Part shown: positions 59,691 to 64,000 of the stretch, piece after piece
How positions within the stretch are numbered: position 1 is the stretch's first letter
Layout: each line of letters starts with the position of its first letter
Assembly: GCA_963666215.2 (NCBI GenBank)
Contig: CAXWPL010000002.1
Location: 32,001-96,000 of the forward strand
Direction: 5' to 3'
Source: Acidobacteriota bacterium
Lineage (GTDB): Bacteria > Acidobacteriota > UBA890 > WLXD01
Length of the DNA: 64,000 bases
Program-made: the position numbers and the translations under genes
The notes under the pieces: model-generated
The model's database searches: none
Told to the model about the DNA's origin: nothing
What the model saw: the letters and a program-made list of their open reading frames with translations, nothing else

Positions 59691-60550
59691 CGATCGTCTC
59701 CTTCGCCCTCGGTCACGCCAGTGATCTCGTGCACCGCGGTGTGGTTGTAGTCATCGAGTGTGGTGTCGTCCGCGGCCTCGGGCTCCAGGTCTTGTTCCGC
59801 TTCGCCGACCTCTTCCTCCTCAACCTCTTCCTCGACTACCGGCTCGTCGCCGGTCGTCACGCGTAAGAACACTGTCTCGAGGTCTTCACTCGCGGTCAAG
59901 GAGTCGGTCGTGTCATCCGCGACGATACGGCCGCGAGAGATGATCACGACGCGGTCGCAGATCTGGTTGACCTCGGGGAGGATGTGGGTTGACAGAATCA
60001 CTGTGCGGTCTTCGGCGAGAGTTCTGATGAGCTTTCGGATGCCAATGATCTGCTGAGGGTCGAGGCCGATGGTGGGCTCGTCGAGCACAATCACCTCGGG
60101 GCTGTGGACGATGGCCTGAGCGATCGCTACACGCTGCTTGTAGCCGCGCGACAACGTGCCGATTGGCTGCCGTGCCACTTCCTCGGTCGCGGTCGCCTCG
60201 AGCGCGCGTCCCACCGCGGAGGCTCGATCGGGGCGCGGCACGCCCTTGATGCGCGCCACGAAGTCGAGGTAGGAGGTCGGTGTCATGTCGCGGTACAGCG
60301 GCGGATTCTCAGGCAGGTAGCCGACGCGGCGTCGCACTTCGCGCGACTGCTCGAAGACGTCGAATCCAGCCACCCTTGCGGTGCCACTGCTCGCCGGCAT
60401 GTAGCCGGTGATGATCCGCATGGTGGTGGTCTTGCCGGCGCCGTTCGGACCCAGAAATCCGAGGATTTGGCCGGGCTCAGCGGTAAACGAGACATCGGCA
60501 ACCGCGGCGTGGTTACCGTAGTACTTGGTGAGGTGATCGACTTCGATCAT
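59687..60550 (-). CDS. GldA-like ABC ATP-binding protein
   Basis: GPNGAGKTT, LSRGYKQR, LDEPT, STH. Confidence 0.93.
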   Translation of the reverse strand: MIEVDHLTKYYGNHAAVADVSFTAEPGQILGFLGPNGAGKTTTMRIITGYMPASSGTARVAGFDVFEQSREVRRRVGYLPENPPLYRDMTPTSYLDFVARIKGVPRPDRASAVGRALEATATEEVARQPIGTLSRGYKQRVAIAQAIVHSPEVIVLDEPTIGLDPQQIIGIRKLIRTLAEDRTVILSTHILPEVNQICDRVVIISRGRIVADDTTDSLTASEDLETVFLRVTTGDEPVVEEEVEEEEVGEAEQDLEPEAADDTTLDDYNHTAVHEITGVTEGEGDDR

Positions 60551-60821
60551 GAGGCAAGCTTCACGCAGGTTAGAGAGTCAAGGTGGTCTGACGTCGAGCC
60601 CGTCTTTTTCACGGACCGGCCCCATTTTCGATCAAGGCTGATCTGCGGTCCAACGGATTCTGTTCGGCGCGGGAAGAAATCGCATCCGGCGAGAACGTCA
60701 GGGCGGCTGGGGGGAGCCAGCCGACGGTCAATTCTAGCAAAGCGCGGATTCCCGCGACGGCGATTCGGCAAATGGAGTCGAATGGACGCGGCAGGGACAC
60801 TGGCCTTACTACACTGCGCCG

Positions 60822-62874
60822 GTGATCGACCCCGGCTTTTCGCTGCGCCGCTGGCTGCCGCCGTGGGCCCTTGGCGCAGGGCTCGTAGCGCTGAGCGCTC
60901 TTCCCAGCCTCGAGCTGGCCGAGAACCTCAGTCCGTTCACCAGCACCTTCCTGTTGGTGGTGGCGTTGAGCTGGTATTGGAGCCTCGAAACCCGCGTCCA
61001 GCCGGAGGCGCTCCCGAAGCTGCGGGTGGCGGGCTTCGCCACTCTGGCGCTCTTGATGGCGCTCATGTACGGCGTCCTGGCCAACGCCCTTTCGCTGCCC
61101 GACAGCGTGGCGGCGATGGTTAATGCCCTGCTGTTGGCAACAGCGGCGGCGTCGATTTGTGTGGTGCTCGCGGCGCTCGTGGATCTCACGCTTCTTGGCG
61201 GCCAGCGCTGGGGTCGGTACCTCGTGGTTGTCATCGGCGTGGTGTTTGCAGCCATTCTGGTGGTTTCCGTGTTGCGCGCCCATATCGATCTGCCGGCCGG
61301 ACTCTGGGAGCAACTCACCGATCCGGTGCGTGCCCCGTACCCGCTGATCGCCCTGGTGTTGCTCGCTGCATTCACCGCCCCACTCGAGTGGCTGATCACG
61401 CTAGATCGATGGCCTCGGCTGGCGACTCTCGCCGGCTGCGTGGCCGCGATGCTGCCGCTCGGTGGCTCTGTGTATGTTGACCAGCTCTTCTCTCCACCGC
61501 ATCAGCACTTGCTGCAGGCCGCGGTGAGAGTCGGGTCGATGGCGGCGCTCACGTTCCTCGGCGTTATTGTGGCTCGCGCGGCGCTGGCGCTGCCGGGCGT
61601 GCGGGCCTACGAACGCAAGGCGCGCGAGCTCGACGCGGTTTACGACTTTGGTCTGGCTGCTGGCACACCGTTCAACCCGGACGAGCTGCAGACAAGGATT
61701 CTCCAGTCGTTGCTGCTGGTGGCGGCACCGGATGTGGCGGTGGTTGTGGAGCCGGCTCTGCCGGGTACCGGGTGTCGCTGCGTGCTGTTGCGTGCCGACG
61801 CCGAGGGGCAACACGTCTACCGTTTCCGTAGCCGCGCCCGGTGGGCCGGTCTGGCGGAGAGGTTCGGTGATCGTCGCCCTGTCGCCATCGTGGACCATCG
61901 CAAGGCCCCGCCCGGAGTTCTCGAGCGCATCTGGGAGCCGGCTTCGGGTAGCTCGGTCATCGTTCCGGTGCTCTCTCACGAGGGGGCGGCGCGCGCGCTG
62001 CTGATCGCCGGGCGGTTCGTCCACCACGGCTTCAACGCTGCTGAGGTCCGGTCGCTCGCGGGCTTTGCGAGCCAGGCGGGGCTAGCGCTCGAGCACGCGG
62101 ATCTGGTGCGAGAGCTGGTGGAGGCGGAGCGCCGCAAGCGCGAGCTCGAGATCGCTCGCGAGCTGCAGGTGAACCTGCTGCCGAAGTCGCCTCCCTGCGT
62201 CGCCGGCCTCGAGATCGCCGATCGCTCGGAACCCGCCACCGAGGTTGGCGGCGACTACTTCGACTACCTGCCACTCGACAACGACCGTCTGGGTATCGTC
62301 GTGGGCGACGTCTCGGGGCACGGTATGGCTTCGGGGTTGTTGATGGCGATCGCCAAGAGTGCGATCCACACGCACGTTCAGAGCGGCGGGACTCCAGCGG
62401 TGCTGATGGAACATCTCGGCGAGACGCTGCTGAAGATGTCGGCCGACAACCACTTCATGACGCTGGTGTTCGCCGAGCTCGATGTCGCCTCGGGTCGATT
62501 CAGCTACGCCAATGCGGGCCACCACTACCCGCTCCACTATCGCGCCGCCACGGACACGTTCGAGGAGCTCGAGTCGACCGGCCTGCCCTTGGGGCTGCTG
62601 CCGATCCCCCCCCGGCCCGTTCCGGGAGGGCACAATGGACCCCGGCGACATCCTGATCTTCTACAGCGACGGCATCGTCGAGGCTAGCGACGCCAGCGAG
62701 GAGCAGTTCGACATCTCACGCTTGCGCGACGTCGTCCTTGCAAGCCGCGACCGGCCAGCCAAGACTATCGTCGAGGATGTGTACCAGGCGGTCCGTGAGT
62801 TCTGTGACGGCGTGCCTTTCGACGACGATGCCACGCTGGTGATTGTCAAGGTGCTGTCCAACGGCGAGACGTGA
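60822..62874 (+). CDS. Multi-TM GAF + PP2C/SpoIIE phosphatase, split by a +1 frameshift in the C8 run at 62606-62613
   Basis: VGGDYFD, GDVSGHG, NAGHH in the first frame; YSDGIVE and DDDAT in the second; removing one C joins them. Confidence 0.85.
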
Positions 62875-62923
62875 GTCAGCGATCGGGTTCCCTTTCCCGC
62901 AACGAGCACAGGAGAGAAGCAGG

Positions 62924-64000
62924 ATGCAAACTGACATCGGCAAGATGATGCGGGGCGAACGCTCGAGTGAGGCGAGGCTCGGGACGGTCGGAGCCTTCCT
63001 TTGCGTGATGGCGGTCGCCGTGGGTGCGATGGTGCTGGCGATTTCTTCGGGCCCTGCAGTCGCGGCCCTCGGGAACGCCGCCAGCCAGATCGACGGGCTG
63101 GCGGGGCCAGAGGAAGACGAGTCGCTATCCGATTGGACCGACCGGTGGCTAGAAGGACCTACCGGACTGATCGCCACCAAAGAGGAGGCGCGGATCTACG
63201 ACGAGCTCGACTCTGTTCAGGAGCGGCTGCAGTTCATTCGCCTGTTCTGGAACCGCCGCGATCCGCAGGTGCGCGGCGGCCGCAACGAGTTCCTCGACGA
63301 GTTTGCCGAGCGCTTGGCCTACGCCGACGAGCACTTCAGCGAAGGCGACAAGGCCGGTTGGCAGACCCTGTTCGGACGCGTCGTCATGGTCTACGGACCA
63401 CCCAGCCGGACTCGTCGCGACATGACAAGCTTCCCAGCCGGATTCTCGAATCGCCCGGCCGTTCTATGGACCTACGACAAGCGGCTGCCCCAAATACCGC
63501 CGAACGAGAATTTACTGTTCGCCTTCCGGCGCGGGCGCTGGCGGCTGATGCCTCCGTCTCCTATAGGTGACACCGGGGTGGCGGCGCAGGCACGGGCTCT
63601 CGAGCGAGCCTCCGATCTTGTGGTGATCGCCGGCGATTACCAACGGTCGTTTCACGAGACCATCGACGAAACTCTCGTCAATCCGGTTGACTACACGGAG
63701 GCGATCGACCGAGTGCGATCGCGATTCGTGGTGCCCGAGGCGCAGATCCCCTTCTCCTGGACAGCACGCAGCAGCGCGGCTGCTGCCGCCGACGGTGCGA
63801 AGGTCGACATCGATCTGACGTGGCGAATGGACACGCTTGTCTTTCATCTGGTCGGCACCAACTTCGAAACCGACATGACCATCGACGTGCAACTCCTGCG
63901 CGACGGCGTGCCGGTAGCCACGACCTCCGAGCGTGTCACCGTAGAAGTTCCCGAGTCGGAGATGGAAGGGCGTCGCGATGAGATCGTCCGGCGCTCGGTG
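62924..64000 (+). CDS. GWxTD-domain exported protein (runs off window; absent from the ORF track)
   Basis: Manual translation from ATG 62924: WLEGPTGLIATKEE...FIRLFWNRRDP...NEF...RLAYADEHF...GWQTLFGRVVMVYGPP. Confidence 0.8.
   Translation, partial: MQTDIGKMMRGERSSEARLGTVGAFLCVMAVAVGAMVLAISSGPAVAALGNAASQIDGLAGPEEDESLSDWTDRWLEGPTGLIATKEEARIYDELDSVQERLQFIRLFWNRRDPQVRGGRNEFLDEFAERLAYADEHFSEGDKAGWQTLFGRVVMVYGPPSRTRRDMTSFPAGFSNRPAVLWTYDKRLPQIPPNENLLFAFRRGRWRLMPPSPIGDTGVAAQARALERASDLVVIAGDYQRSFHETIDETLVNPVDYTEAIDRVRSRFVVPEAQIPFSWTARSSAAAAADGAKVDIDLTWRMDTLVFHLVGTNFETDMTIDVQLLRDGVPVATTSERVTVEVPESEMEGRRDEIVRRSV

Overview
High-GC bacterial chromosomal segment, most likely Acidobacteriota (inferred from a GWxTD-type protein, an Acidobacteria-style Ser/Thr kinase N-terminus and many exported peptidases). 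Housekeeping content: ppk1 (frameshifted in a G run), a nadQ-nadA-nadC cluster with a candidate NadQ operator, P5C dehydrogenase, an M16 protease, rnd, carD, a DAACS symporter, the tRNA-Met-tilS-ftsH-folP-cdaA-cdaR-glmM-pdxJ-tRNA-Val-tRNA-Asp block, OPT/MFS transporters and a GldA/F/G-DUF4340 ABC operon. Mobile DNA: an intact IS481 with a 6-bp target duplication, and a decayed ~12-kb integrase island at tRNA-Asp carrying IS3, IS256, an IS6/IS256 chimera, an LLM monooxygenase + ATP-grasp pair and a BBE-like FAD oxidase. Several genes are truncated or internally deleted. The most notable unannotated element is a ~290-nt, highly base-paired non-coding RNA on the minus strand (about 27305-27596) with its own TTGACA-N17-AATGAT promoter, a C(UUCG)G hairpin and a U-tract end, transcribed divergently from carD; it may be an enlarged 6S-like RNA or an undescribed RNA. 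All calls are from reading the sequence and ORF track by eye; no searches were run.
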